32,000 bases of DNA from contig JAHDHI010000002.1 of the NCBI GenBank assembly GCA_020631395.1, forward strand, positions 34,100 through 66,099, read 5' to 3'. The stretch's first letter is position 1. The number at the start of each line of letters is the position of its first letter. The stretch comes from Bizionia sp. (GTDB lineage: Bacteria; Bacteroidota; Bacteroidia; Flavobacteriales; Flavobacteriaceae). Positions 1-8,140 of this stretch are shown here, piece after piece. The notes beneath the pieces were generated by a model. The model searched no databases. It was not told where the DNA came from and worked only from the letters and a program-made list of their open reading frames with translations. A program made the position numbers and the translations under genes.

Positions 1-182
1 AATATTTCCCTTTGGTAAAAAAGAAAGATTATTTTTCAAAGCACGTAAATAGTTTGATAAAGAACTTTTTTAACGATAGCAGTTCACAATTCGCATCTTT
101 TTTCACCAAGGAAACCAATCTATCCAAAGAAGAGCTGGAGGATTTGAAAGCCATCATAGACAACGAAATAAAAAACAAGTAA
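1..182 (+). CDS. BlaI/MecI/CopY-family transcriptional repressor, C-terminal fragment (5' end cut by window edge)
   Basis: Frame 3 is open from the window edge to TAA at 180-182. The translation ...NFFNDSSSQFASFFTKETNLSKEELEDLKAIIDNEIKNK resembles the C-terminal region of Bacteroidota BlaI-like repressors as I remember them. The stop lies 2 nt before the ATG of an M56 BlaR1-like gene, the canonical blaI-blaR1 arrangement. Confidence 0.6.
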   Translation, partial: YFPLVKKKDYFSKHVNSLIKNFFNDSSSQFASFFTKETNLSKEELEDLKAIIDNEIKNK

Positions 183-184
183 TC

Positions 185-2494
185 ATGCTTTTATTCCTAT
201 TGAAATTCAGTGCCTGCTTGTCGATATTTTTAATATTCTACAAGCTATTGCTTGAAAAAGAGTCTATTCATACCTTCAAGCGATTTTATTTGCTCGCTGC
301 TTTGCTACTATCTATCATCATTCCCTTGATCACATTTACAGAATACGTAGAGCCAGAACTGGTCTTGGGCTCATTTCAACCCCTTGTCTTTGGAATGGAT
401 GTGCCTCCTCAAGAGGTGATGCAGGAAGAACCCACAAATTATCTACCCATTGTGCTTTGGAGCATCTATGCCATGGGAGTATTGCTATTTGGGTTGAAGT
501 TCTCCTTGAATTTGTTTCAAATCGTATCGAGAATAAAGAAGAATCCAAAATACAAAAGCAACATATACACTCGTGTCTTGTTGTTGGATTCCATTGCTCC
601 CCATACTTTTTTCAATTACATCTTTTTGAATAAAAACAAATTTGAAACACGACAAATACCGAAGGAGGTCATACTACACGAAGAAACACATGCCAAGCAA
701 AAACATAGTTTGGACATTCTCCTCATAGAGTTTCTACAAATCATGTTTTGGTTTAACCCTTTGATCTACTCAAGCAAGAAAGCCATCAGGTTAAATCATG
801 AATTTTTGGCTGACGAAGCCGTTTTAAACCAAGGAACAGACTCCTCTACATATCAACAAATTCTTTTGGCGTTCTCATCAAACGCATCACAAACGGCATT
901 GGCAAATGCCATAAACTATTCATTAATCAAAAAACGATTTACAATTATGAAATCAAAATCATCAAAAAAAGCCATTTGGCTGAGAAGCCTATTGCTTCTT
1001 CCCCTTTTGGGAGGATTACTCTTCAGCTTTAGCAACACCAAAGAAGTAGAAAAGGTAACAGAACCTTTAATGGAAACTTCCACCTTACAACGAACACCTT
1101 CCAAAGGAGTTACAGAATCCTTGATGAACGAGTACCGGGCATTTATGGAAGAATACAAGACGAAGAATAGAATAAATGGCGGTAAATACAAGAGAATTGT
1201 CGCTATCTATAACTTGATGTCCGACTCACAAAAGGCTTCTGTCGATAAATATCCCAAGGTTCCTGGATTGAACCTAAATGAGGTGAAGGCAAAAAAACCA
1301 ACGAAAAATCAGTATGAATCATGGAAGGACGCAAGCACATACGCCATTTGGATAGATGGAAAAAATGTCGACAACAAAGAGTTGAACAACTACTCATTCA
1401 CTGATATCGTTCATTTTATAGGTAGTTTTGTACATCTAAATGCTAGAAGCGACAAATTCTCCCAACCTTATCAATTTCGTCTTTACACAGAAAAAGGCTT
1501 TGAAAACACCTATCGCAAAGTCAAGACCAAATCCGCAATGGATGAAGTCAAAGAAGAGCTTGAACTAGCAAATTCCATTGGAGGCAATGATACCGAATAT
1601 AGGAAGACAATTCCTGTCGTTAATGGGATCAAATGTGATGACTGTACTTTGTTCTTATCCAAAAAAGGAATAGAAGGACTCATTCTTTCGACAACTACAG
1701 GAAATGCTGTCACCAAATTTAAAATTAAGTTCCCTGGCAAACCTACTGAAAGCATTACTGGAAACACATTAATCGGTAACGAAAAAGTAAGAAGGAATCT
1801 AGAAAGTGCTGCAATTGGTCAAAACATACAACTTTTCATGATCAAGACAAAAGATGAAACATTGACTCCTGTAATGATTGAACTCGTGGACAAAAACAAT
1901 AAAAAGCATTCCAATTCCCCAAAAGTCGTGAAAGGGGATTCATCAAGCTTACCACCTCCTCCACCGCCACCAAGTGCACCAAAACCAAATAGCCCAGCTA
2001 CTTTTGAAGAATACATCAAAACAATGGGGAAGAATGGAGATGTCATTTATTATGAAGGTAAAAAAATAACTGCCAAACAAGCAATAACACTATACAAAAA
2101 GTATGGGAAACTGGATATGCTTACCCAAAAGATAGCTGGTGGAAAATACATTGTTAAACTTTCTCAATCGAAAGGAACTACATCAACGGTAAAAAACGTG
2201 GATTTTTCAAAAAATCCGCCGCCTCCACCTCCGCCAGCACCGATTGCAAAGGTCGTAAAAGGAAAAAAATCTGATTTACCGCCACCACCACCGCCACCAA
2301 AGCCTCCTTTGGACTACGTTATCGACATGGCAAAAAAAGGGGCAACGTTCATTTACAATGGTAAAAAAATAACGTCGGACAAAGCAATCGAATTGCTCAA
2401 GAACAATAGAAAGCTGAACATCTCCTCTAAAACCAACAAAGGAAAAACCACGATCGAAATATCCAAAACCCCCATTACCATAAAAGGCAAATAA
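185..2494 (+). CDS. M56-family (BlaR1/MecR1-like) membrane metalloprotease signal transducer with atypical proline-rich repeat C-terminus
   Basis: 769-aa ORF starting at ATG 185. An N-terminal multi-pass membrane region is followed by HEETHAKQKH (HExxH zinc site) and NHEFLADEAV, the signature motifs of peptidase family M56. No penicillin-binding sensor domain is recognisable. The C-terminal half carries three Pro7 tracts (1952-1972, 2216-2236, 2279-2299) and a duplicated module (about 1922-2175 and 2249-2491). Confidence 0.85.
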   Translation: MLLFLLKFSACLSIFLIFYKLLLEKESIHTFKRFYLLAALLLSIIIPLITFTEYVEPELVLGSFQPLVFGMDVPPQEVMQEEPTNYLPIVLWSIYAMGVLLFGLKFSLNLFQIVSRIKKNPKYKSNIYTRVLLLDSIAPHTFFNYIFLNKNKFETRQIPKEVILHEETHAKQKHSLDILLIEFLQIMFWFNPLIYSSKKAIRLNHEFLADEAVLNQGTDSSTYQQILLAFSSNASQTALANAINYSLIKKRFTIMKSKSSKKAIWLRSLLLLPLLGGLLFSFSNTKEVEKVTEPLMETSTLQRTPSKGVTESLMNEYRAFMEEYKTKNRINGGKYKRIVAIYNLMSDSQKASVDKYPKVPGLNLNEVKAKKPTKNQYESWKDASTYAIWIDGKNVDNKELNNYSFTDIVHFIGSFVHLNARSDKFSQPYQFRLYTEKGFENTYRKVKTKSAMDEVKEELELANSIGGNDTEYRKTIPVVNGIKCDDCTLFLSKKGIEGLILSTTTGNAVTKFKIKFPGKPTESITGNTLIGNEKVRRNLESAAIGQNIQLFMIKTKDETLTPVMIELVDKNNKKHSNSPKVVKGDSSSLPPPPPPPSAPKPNSPATFEEYIKTMGKNGDVIYYEGKKITAKQAITLYKKYGKLDMLTQKIAGGKYIVKLSQSKGTTSTVKNVDFSKNPPPPPPPAPIAKVVKGKKSDLPPPPPPPKPPLDYVIDMAKKGATFIYNGKKITSDKAIELLKNNRKLNISSKTNKGKTTIEISKTPITIKGK

Positions 2495-2574
2495 CACTTT
2501 TGTAAAGACAAGCGTAGACATTTATCGTAAGAAATAAGTCAACAATTAGTCGTATTGCTAATTCAAACATGAAG

Positions 2575-2600
2575 AAAGCCTCGAAAATTCGAGGCTTTTT
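2575..2600 (+). terminator. Rho-independent terminator downstream of the M56 gene
   Basis: GCCTCG (2578-2583) pairs with CGAGGC (2590-2595), and the complementarity extends to AAAGCCTCGAA/TTCGAGGCTTT. A T5 run follows at 2596-2600. The hairpin lies about 80 nt after the stop at 2494 and before the next gene start at 2657. Confidence 0.7.
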
Positions 2601-2656
2601 ATGTAACAAATCATTAGTTTGCGCGTTCTAATACTCTATCAATCAAATTAATCGTT

Positions 2657-3757
2657 ATGCTAAAACAATTCTTTATCATCTGTTCTGGAGCAGATACCGA
2701 CATCTTAAAAGATTCTTCCATTGGTGAACAAAATAAATATGCTGGTATTGGTGCCACCGTATTCTTTACCGCATTGATGGCCTTCATTGCATCATCATAT
2801 GCTCTATATACCGTTTTCGACAATGCTTTTGCAGCTTTGGGCTTTGGCTTGGTTTGGGGCTTGCTCATATTCAATTTGGATCGCTTCATTGTTTCAACGA
2901 TCAAGAAACGCAACAACATAATCGACGAACTCATTCAAGCATCCCCACGTTTGTTGTTGGCCGTGATCATTGCTGTCGTCATTTCCAAACCATTGGAACT
3001 GAAGATTTTCGAAAAAGAAATAAATCAAGTGCTTTTAGAGCAAAAAAACGATTTGACATTGGCAAACAAGGATCAAATTGCATTGCAATACGTTCCAAAG
3101 ACAGAAGCCTTGCAACAAGGCATCGAGGCCTTGCGAAGTGAAATCGATGACAAGGAAACAGAAGTCAATGCGCTTTATGACACCTACATCAATGAAGCAG
3201 AAGGCACAGCTGGCACAAAATTGTTGGGAAAAGGACCTGTCTACAAAGAAAAGAGAGAGAAACACGATGCTGCTTTGGCCGAGTTGCAAACTCTCAAAGA
3301 AACGAACAAGTCCAAAATAGTAGCCGCCGAAACGGAAATGGTCAATCTCAAGGCAGAATACGATGCTCAAGTTTCCTCTTCTCAACCCATCATCGATGGT
3401 TTCGATGGCTTGATGGCTCGTGTAAGCGCATTGGGAACATTGCCATGGCTTCCTTCTTTTTTCATTTTTCTTTTGTTTCTAGCCATAGAGACCTCTCCAA
3501 TATTTGCCAAGCTCCTATCTCCAAAGGGTGAGTATGACTTTAAATTGGAGGATTTGGAAGGAGAAATAAAATCCTGGACAGCTCAAAAAACACATCAAAG
3601 AAGTGTGTTGCTAAATGCTGACAACGCATTGAACGACAAGGTTTATGGCGATTTATCCACAGAAGAAGAAATTTATGCCTACAAGAAGAAAATGGCAAGA
3701 GACCTCTTGAAAAAACAACAAGAGGCCTTTTACGATAGACAAACCAAAATATTATAG
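2657..3757 (+). CDS. DUF4407-like membrane protein with central coiled-coil
   Basis: 366-aa ORF starting at ATG 2657. The N-terminus (FFIICSGADTDILK..EQNKYAGIGATVFFTALMAFIASSYALYTVF and LLIFNLDRFIVST) matches my recollection of the conserved DUF4407 membrane region. The central ~170 aa are charged and heptad-like (e.g. LQTLKETNKSKIVAAETEMVNLKAEYD). A further hydrophobic segment follows (LPWLPSFFIFLLFLAIETSPIFA). Confidence 0.65.
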   Translation: MLKQFFIICSGADTDILKDSSIGEQNKYAGIGATVFFTALMAFIASSYALYTVFDNAFAALGFGLVWGLLIFNLDRFIVSTIKKRNNIIDELIQASPRLLLAVIIAVVISKPLELKIFEKEINQVLLEQKNDLTLANKDQIALQYVPKTEALQQGIEALRSEIDDKETEVNALYDTYINEAEGTAGTKLLGKGPVYKEKREKHDAALAELQTLKETNKSKIVAAETEMVNLKAEYDAQVSSSQPIIDGFDGLMARVSALGTLPWLPSFFIFLLFLAIETSPIFAKLLSPKGEYDFKLEDLEGEIKSWTAQKTHQRSVLLNADNALNDKVYGDLSTEEEIYAYKKKMARDLLKKQQEAFYDRQTKIL

Positions 3758-5065
3758 TGGGTATATTTCTATGGTTTCACCCAGCCAATCTTGTAGTTTA
3801 TCATATATTCTTTGCTGATCTGCATCGGAGAAGTGCTTGATTCTCGTTTTATGGCTTCCGCCTTCAAGCGTCATTTTCAAGGCATCTACATTTGGTTTCG
3901 GTGTAGGTGCGCAAGCTCCCCATGTGTCATAGGCACCGTTGATGTATAGTATTCTATCTCCCTTGCTTTCCACATAATCTCTCACATTCTTTATGTAATC
4001 GGGGTTGTAGGCAATGGGCACGCCTTTTGGCAAAAATCTTTTGTTGGTCGGCTCATGTACAATATTCAATAGATCTTTCACTGGTGTCGTATCAAATCCG
4101 TAATACCCCAATTCATTCATATGCTGATAAAAGGATGGCAAATATTTGTGATAGCCCTCGTCACTGTAAAAACCTACTCCCACAATTTGATTTACATATT
4201 TGAAAAGTGCTTCCGGAGTTGCTGTCTCATCTGGAATGTCTTCGCACTTTCCTCCCCATTGCCAAAACGAAAATGGGAATTCCAAAACGGCGTACTCAAA
4301 GGCTTCTTCCATCGGGACATCTGTAAATGTCATTTTGCTTTCTTTGGACACACGTTCCATTTCTGCCAAGACCGCTTCTCTGTTTTCCAGCGTCAATCTT
4401 TGAAATTTGGTAACCTTGTCCCTACATTCTGCCGTGCCTACCGAATTGATGTGCTCTTCCGTTCTCGGGTCTTCTTGCGTATTGATCAAAGGCGCAACAT
4501 ATGGCACCGCCACATCCATGTCTTCCGGATACTTGGATTTGTATATCAAAACTGTTTCCCCTCCTTTGCTAATGCCTGTAGACAACCATTTACTTTTATA
4601 CAATTTCTTTAACTTGGTTACCAGATCATGGTAATCTTCTACTGCCAAATCGTTGGTTAGGTGTTTCCATGGAAGTGGCGTTGGCCTAGAATTTCCGTAA
4701 AGTCTATATTCTACCATCACTTGATTGGATTTCAACACCTTGCTCAATTCGTACGTTCTATGTTTTGCCCCATAACCTTCGGTAACCAAAACCGTTGGCT
4801 TGGAATAGTCTGTGTGAGATAGATATATGTGGTGATCAAACGTTCCCGCATCTGGATCTTTATGATCCAATGGTTGTTTCAACACCATTTTAAAAGCTTC
4901 CGTGAAATGATCCTTGACCTCGATGGTACTAATTTCCGAGTTGGGAAAAAGTACCTTTAATTGTTCTTTAAAAGTTAGTCCTTGCAAAGGGTCTTTCTCT
5001 TCTTTACATGAAAAAAGGCAGGTAGCAGCCAAAAACAATATGAGTATTCCTTTAAATGCGTTCAT
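3752..5065 (-). CDS. Secreted lipoprotein serine peptidase, alpha/beta-hydrolase clan SC (S28 / S37 PS-10-like)
   Basis: 437-aa ORF, ATG (reverse complement of 5063-5065). Lipoprotein signal MNAFKGILILFLAATCLFSC. The N-terminal motif QPLDHKDPDAGTFDHHIYLSH..PTVLVTEGYG is like the S28/S37 QxxDHxxPxxGTF block. Nucleophile elbow GISKGG (GxSxG), with later candidate Asp (NGAYDTWG) and His (EGGSHKT) triad members. I cannot decide between S28 and S37 by eye. Confidence 0.7.
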   Translation of the reverse strand: MNAFKGILILFLAATCLFSCKEEKDPLQGLTFKEQLKVLFPNSEISTIEVKDHFTEAFKMVLKQPLDHKDPDAGTFDHHIYLSHTDYSKPTVLVTEGYGAKHRTYELSKVLKSNQVMVEYRLYGNSRPTPLPWKHLTNDLAVEDYHDLVTKLKKLYKSKWLSTGISKGGETVLIYKSKYPEDMDVAVPYVAPLINTQEDPRTEEHINSVGTAECRDKVTKFQRLTLENREAVLAEMERVSKESKMTFTDVPMEEAFEYAVLEFPFSFWQWGGKCEDIPDETATPEALFKYVNQIVGVGFYSDEGYHKYLPSFYQHMNELGYYGFDTTPVKDLLNIVHEPTNKRFLPKGVPIAYNPDYIKNVRDYVESKGDRILYINGAYDTWGACAPTPKPNVDALKMTLEGGSHKTRIKHFSDADQQRIYDKLQDWLGETIEIYPL

Positions 5066-5279
5066 CGATTTATTTTTTATTAAGGGTATTATTAATTCGT
5101 TAAAGATAGCCTTTCACAAAAAAGTCATATTGTATTATATTATCCATAATTGATATTATTTTAGTTTAAACACAGTAATATTGAAGCAGAAACAAGATTC
5201 AAATGCTTATACATTATCGTTGGATGCAACTCTTTTCCTTAATTTTCATATCTTTATCATTAATCGAAAAACTCCTCTG

Positions 5280-5876
5280 ATGAAAATGATGAAATCCCTC
5301 GTATGGTTATTGCTCATTACGACTTCAATAGCCTGCAAAGAAAAAAAAGACAAGGATTTCACAACTATGGACGAGCCATCATTGATTGAAGAACCCAAGG
5401 AAAGTGCCAGTGCCAGTTCTATGGTTTTGAAAGAAGATGCCTTAAATGATTTTCGACTAAAAAAAGCCATGATACTGGAAGCCCCCATATTGACAAAGCA
5501 TTTCCCCAATGCTGAAATAAAAAAGGAGATTGGGCAACAGGATGGTCCAGATTACGTGTATTATACGATAGACAAAGATTTGGTCTTCTCAACACCAGAT
5601 ACGAAAGGCAATGTTCTATCGCATATCACAATAAAAGGCAATTCCAAAATTTCAGATGCGTATGGCATTGCAATTGGCAATACATTGGACGACATCAAGG
5701 CTAAACGTTCCGACATTAAAATAGTGACAGATCATTTTCGCATCTATCTCCATGAGGAAGACTCCAACATTTCTTATGAAATGTCCTTGACCAATTACAA
5801 TGGACCAGACAAGGAAAACTATGCTTTCGATGACATTAAAGACTCCAAGGTAATTGCCATTCTATGGGGAAGATAG
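5280..5876 (+). CDS. Hypothetical lipoprotein
   Basis: The ORF track starts at a TTG (5181). The first in-frame ATG cluster (5280, 5286, 5289) gives MKMMKSLVWLLLITTSIACKEKK, a clean lipoprotein signal, so I place the start there. I recognise no family. Coding is supported only by ORF length, the signal peptide and ordinary composition. Confidence 0.5.
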   Translation: MKMMKSLVWLLLITTSIACKEKKDKDFTTMDEPSLIEEPKESASASSMVLKEDALNDFRLKKAMILEAPILTKHFPNAEIKKEIGQQDGPDYVYYTIDKDLVFSTPDTKGNVLSHITIKGNSKISDAYGIAIGNTLDDIKAKRSDIKIVTDHFRIYLHEEDSNISYEMSLTNYNGPDKENYAFDDIKDSKVIAILWGR

Positions 5877-6051
5877 TTTCATTTCTTCGATGCAAATACA
5901 CTAATTTTACTGATTTGAAATGCTTTTAGCATACCTTTCCCAATGAAATCGCAACACAATTAATACTATTTTATCCATATAACATACAATATTAGCCTTA
6001 ACATAGATAATATATAATTAAAGAGGTGTAAACACCTATTTTTGGAGCCAT

Positions 6052-7011
6052 ATGGATCCAATCATACAAATAGATACATCTTTTATCGAAACGCATACTT
6101 CCTTTGCAGGTTTGGTTTCAGAATTGGCCTTGGCATTTTCCTCGAAAAAGACAATTGTCCCAATGCGTCATCATCATGACTTTCCAAACCCTGAAGTAAG
6201 CACAGACTCTACTTTGTTGTTAATGCCTGCATGGAACCCCAGTGAAAGTGCCGGTGTAAAGATAGTTACTGTCAGCCCTGAAAACAATCAATTCGATTTA
6301 CCCTCGATAAATGGGACTTATATTTATTTGGATGCGACGAAAGGTACCATCAAAGCCATATTGGAAGCCAAAAGTTTGACAGCAAAACGAACTGCTGCAG
6401 CTTCTGCTCTAGCATCGTCCTTTCTCTCTAGAGAAGATTCCAATTCCCTCTTGATGATAGGAACTGGAGCATTGTCCATAAATCTGATAAAAGCACACGC
6501 TGCCGTTCGCCCAATAAAACAAGTATTTGTATGGGGACGTAACTTTGAGAAGGCTCAAGCCATTTCAAATCAATTGTCCAACGAAAAATTCACAGTGACT
6601 CCGATACGAGACATCGAAGAAAAAATTTCCAAAGTAGACATCATCTCTTCTGCTACGCTTTCCAAAACACCTTTGGTCTTAGGGAAGCATTTAAAAGAAG
6701 GGCAACACATAGATTTGGTAGGCGCTTACAAGAAAGACACAAGGGAAGCAGATGATGAAGCTGTCATAAAATCTTCGGTATTCGTAGACACCTACCAAGG
6801 TGGTTTAAAAGAAAGTGGAGACATCGTCATACCCTTGCAAAATGGCACATTGACGGTCGAAGAAATCAAAGCAGACCTATTTCAACTCTGTTCTAAAGAA
6901 AAAGTCGGAAGAACATCAGACAAAGAGATAACATTTTTTAAATCCGTTGGCCACGCCTTGGAAGATTTAACTGCTGCCAATTATTACTACAAAAAGTATT
7001 CGAATGGGTAA
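6052..7011 (+). CDS. Ornithine cyclodeaminase / mu-crystallin family NAD(P)-dependent enzyme; by context candidate delta1-pyrroline-2-carboxylate reductase
   Basis: 319-aa ORF, a typical OCD/mu-crystallin length. It contains LTAKRTAAASALAS and the Rossmann-type MIGTGALSINLIKAH motif characteristic of the family. Its 3' end overlaps the downstream proline-racemase-family gene by 8 nt (ATGGGTAA, 7004-7011). Confidence 0.75.
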   Translation: MDPIIQIDTSFIETHTSFAGLVSELALAFSSKKTIVPMRHHHDFPNPEVSTDSTLLLMPAWNPSESAGVKIVTVSPENNQFDLPSINGTYIYLDATKGTIKAILEAKSLTAKRTAAASALASSFLSREDSNSLLMIGTGALSINLIKAHAAVRPIKQVFVWGRNFEKAQAISNQLSNEKFTVTPIRDIEEKISKVDIISSATLSKTPLVLGKHLKEGQHIDLVGAYKKDTREADDEAVIKSSVFVDTYQGGLKESGDIVIPLQNGTLTVEEIKADLFQLCSKEKVGRTSDKEITFFKSVGHALEDLTAANYYYKKYSNG

Positions 7012-8047
7012 AGTCTATCAAAACATACTTTCAAAAACAGATTTTACTCCAAACGAGGATTGGCTTAAAATAAAAACCATAGACATGCATACCGGTGGAG
7101 AGCCATTGCGAGTCATAGTGGATGGTTTCCCTGAGTTGAAAGGAAATTCCGTATTGGAATACAGACATTTTTGCAGAGAAAACTTTGATTATTTACGTAC
7201 TGCCTTGATGTTTGAGCCTCGTGGGCATGCCGACATGTATGGTTGCATACTATTACCTCCAAATGACGACCAAGGCGATTTTGGAATCATCTTCTTGCAT
7301 AACGAAGGCTATTCTACGATGTGCGGTCACGCCATCATTGCCATTTCCTCCTTGGCAATAGAAATGAATTGGGTTGACGTGAAAGAAGGAGAAAACGTGA
7401 TGAAGATCGATGCGCCTTGTGGTAGGATAACCTCCTTTGCAAATGTTGAAAATGGAAACGTCACTGGAGTTCGCTTTCATTGTGTACCTAGTTTCGTTGT
7501 TGGTCTAGACAGAACCGTAACCATCGAGAGCTTAGGAAAGATAACCTATGATCTTGCATATGGCGGCGCATTCTATGCCTACGTCGACATGGCAAAAAAC
7601 AATTTCGATTTCGACTTGAGTTCCAATTCATATAGAGCTTTGATAAATAAGGGAATGGCCATTAAAAACGCAGTAATGAAATCCGACAAAGCCATAGTGC
7701 ATCCCTTTATAGATGATTTGAGCTTCCTGTACGGAACCATATTCATCGACAACGACAAACAACCTTCCGGCAACGATAGCCGCAACGTCTGCATCTTTGC
7801 AGAAGGTGAAGTGGATCGCTGCCCTACCGGTTCTGGAGTATCAGGAAGGGTGGCCATCAACAAGGCGAGAAAGGAAATCACCTATGGTGAGACCATGAGC
7901 ATCGAAAGCATTACGGTTTCGGAAGAAGATTACGGCCCTTTCACGGCGGTAATCCCCCAAGTGGAAGGAACAGCACATATTACTGGAAAGCAAACTTTTG
8001 TAATCGATCCCAATGATCCCATGAAAGATGGATTCATATTAAGATAA
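7004..8047 (+). CDS. Proline racemase-family enzyme with Cys/Thr catalytic pair: predicted trans-3-hydroxy-L-proline dehydratase
   Basis: 347-aa ORF. The first catalytic motif YSTMCGHA has Cys107 (codon 7322-7324). The second motif DRCPTGSGVSGRVA has Thr275 (codon 7826-7828) where racemases and epimerases carry the second Cys (DRSPCGTGTS). A Cys/Thr pair is the established signature of trans-3-hydroxy-L-proline dehydratases (human L3HYPDH, bacterial LhpH type). Confidence 0.8.
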   Translation: MGKVYQNILSKTDFTPNEDWLKIKTIDMHTGGEPLRVIVDGFPELKGNSVLEYRHFCRENFDYLRTALMFEPRGHADMYGCILLPPNDDQGDFGIIFLHNEGYSTMCGHAIIAISSLAIEMNWVDVKEGENVMKIDAPCGRITSFANVENGNVTGVRFHCVPSFVVGLDRTVTIESLGKITYDLAYGGAFYAYVDMAKNNFDFDLSSNSYRALINKGMAIKNAVMKSDKAIVHPFIDDLSFLYGTIFIDNDKQPSGNDSRNVCIFAEGEVDRCPTGSGVSGRVAINKARKEITYGETMSIESITVSEEDYGPFTAVIPQVEGTAHITGKQTFVIDPNDPMKDGFILR

Positions 8048-8093
8048 CACATCAATAGCTAACGTAGAACCCCTAAGAACGTTTAGATGAGTC

Positions 8094-8126
8094 AAAGACA
8101 CACTGTTTCGAACAGTGTGTCTTTTT
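8094..8126. terminator. Bidirectional intrinsic terminator shared by convergent genes
   Basis: Perfect 14-bp stem AAAGACACACTGTT (8094-8107) / AACAGTGTGTCTTT (8111-8124) with a 3-nt loop. T-run 8122-8126 on the plus strand and a short A/T run on the other side. It lies between the stop at 8047 (+) and the stop at 8141 (-). Confidence 0.75.
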
Positions 8127-8140
8127 AATTTGATGCCTAT

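Noticed and set aside
1952-2308. CCN-rich repeats that could be mistaken for a DNA tandem repeat, VNTR or contingency locus
   Set aside because: They are in frame in the M56 ORF and use mixed Pro codons (cca/cct/ccg). They encode Pro7 linkers, so they are protein-level repeats and not slippage-prone homogeneous DNA repeats.
185-2494. Interpreting the BlaI/BlaR1-like pair as a beta-lactam resistance sensor
   Set aside because: There is no transpeptidase or PBP-like sensor domain and no beta-lactamase gene in the window. Only the M56 protease half is conserved.
2614-2934. 106-aa minus-strand ORF overlapping the start of the DUF4407 gene
   Set aside because: It is antisense to a better-supported, longer gene with recognisable conserved motifs. 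I recognise no family or signal in it, and it would run into the terminator hairpin region.
4121-4612. 163-aa plus-strand ORF inside the S28/S37-like peptidase gene
   Set aside because: It is antisense to the gene carrying the lipoprotein signal and GxSxG elbow, and nothing independent supports it.
5181-5279. N-terminal extension of the small lipoprotein ORF from a TTG start
   Set aside because: The extension (MKQKQDSNAYTLSLDATLFLNFHIFIINRKTPL) precedes a perfect lipoprotein signal that begins at the first ATG (5280). The AT-rich extension looks like promoter or leader DNA.
6024-6044. Small hairpin AGGTG-TAAA-CACCT followed by a T-run, and a TATTTTTG match to the Bacteroidota -7 promoter motif just upstream of the OCD-family gene
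   Set aside because: The stem is only 5 bp and lies 150 nt after the previous gene, so it is weak as a terminator. The -7-like motif ends 8 nt from the ATG and I found no matching -33 element, so I do not call a promoter.
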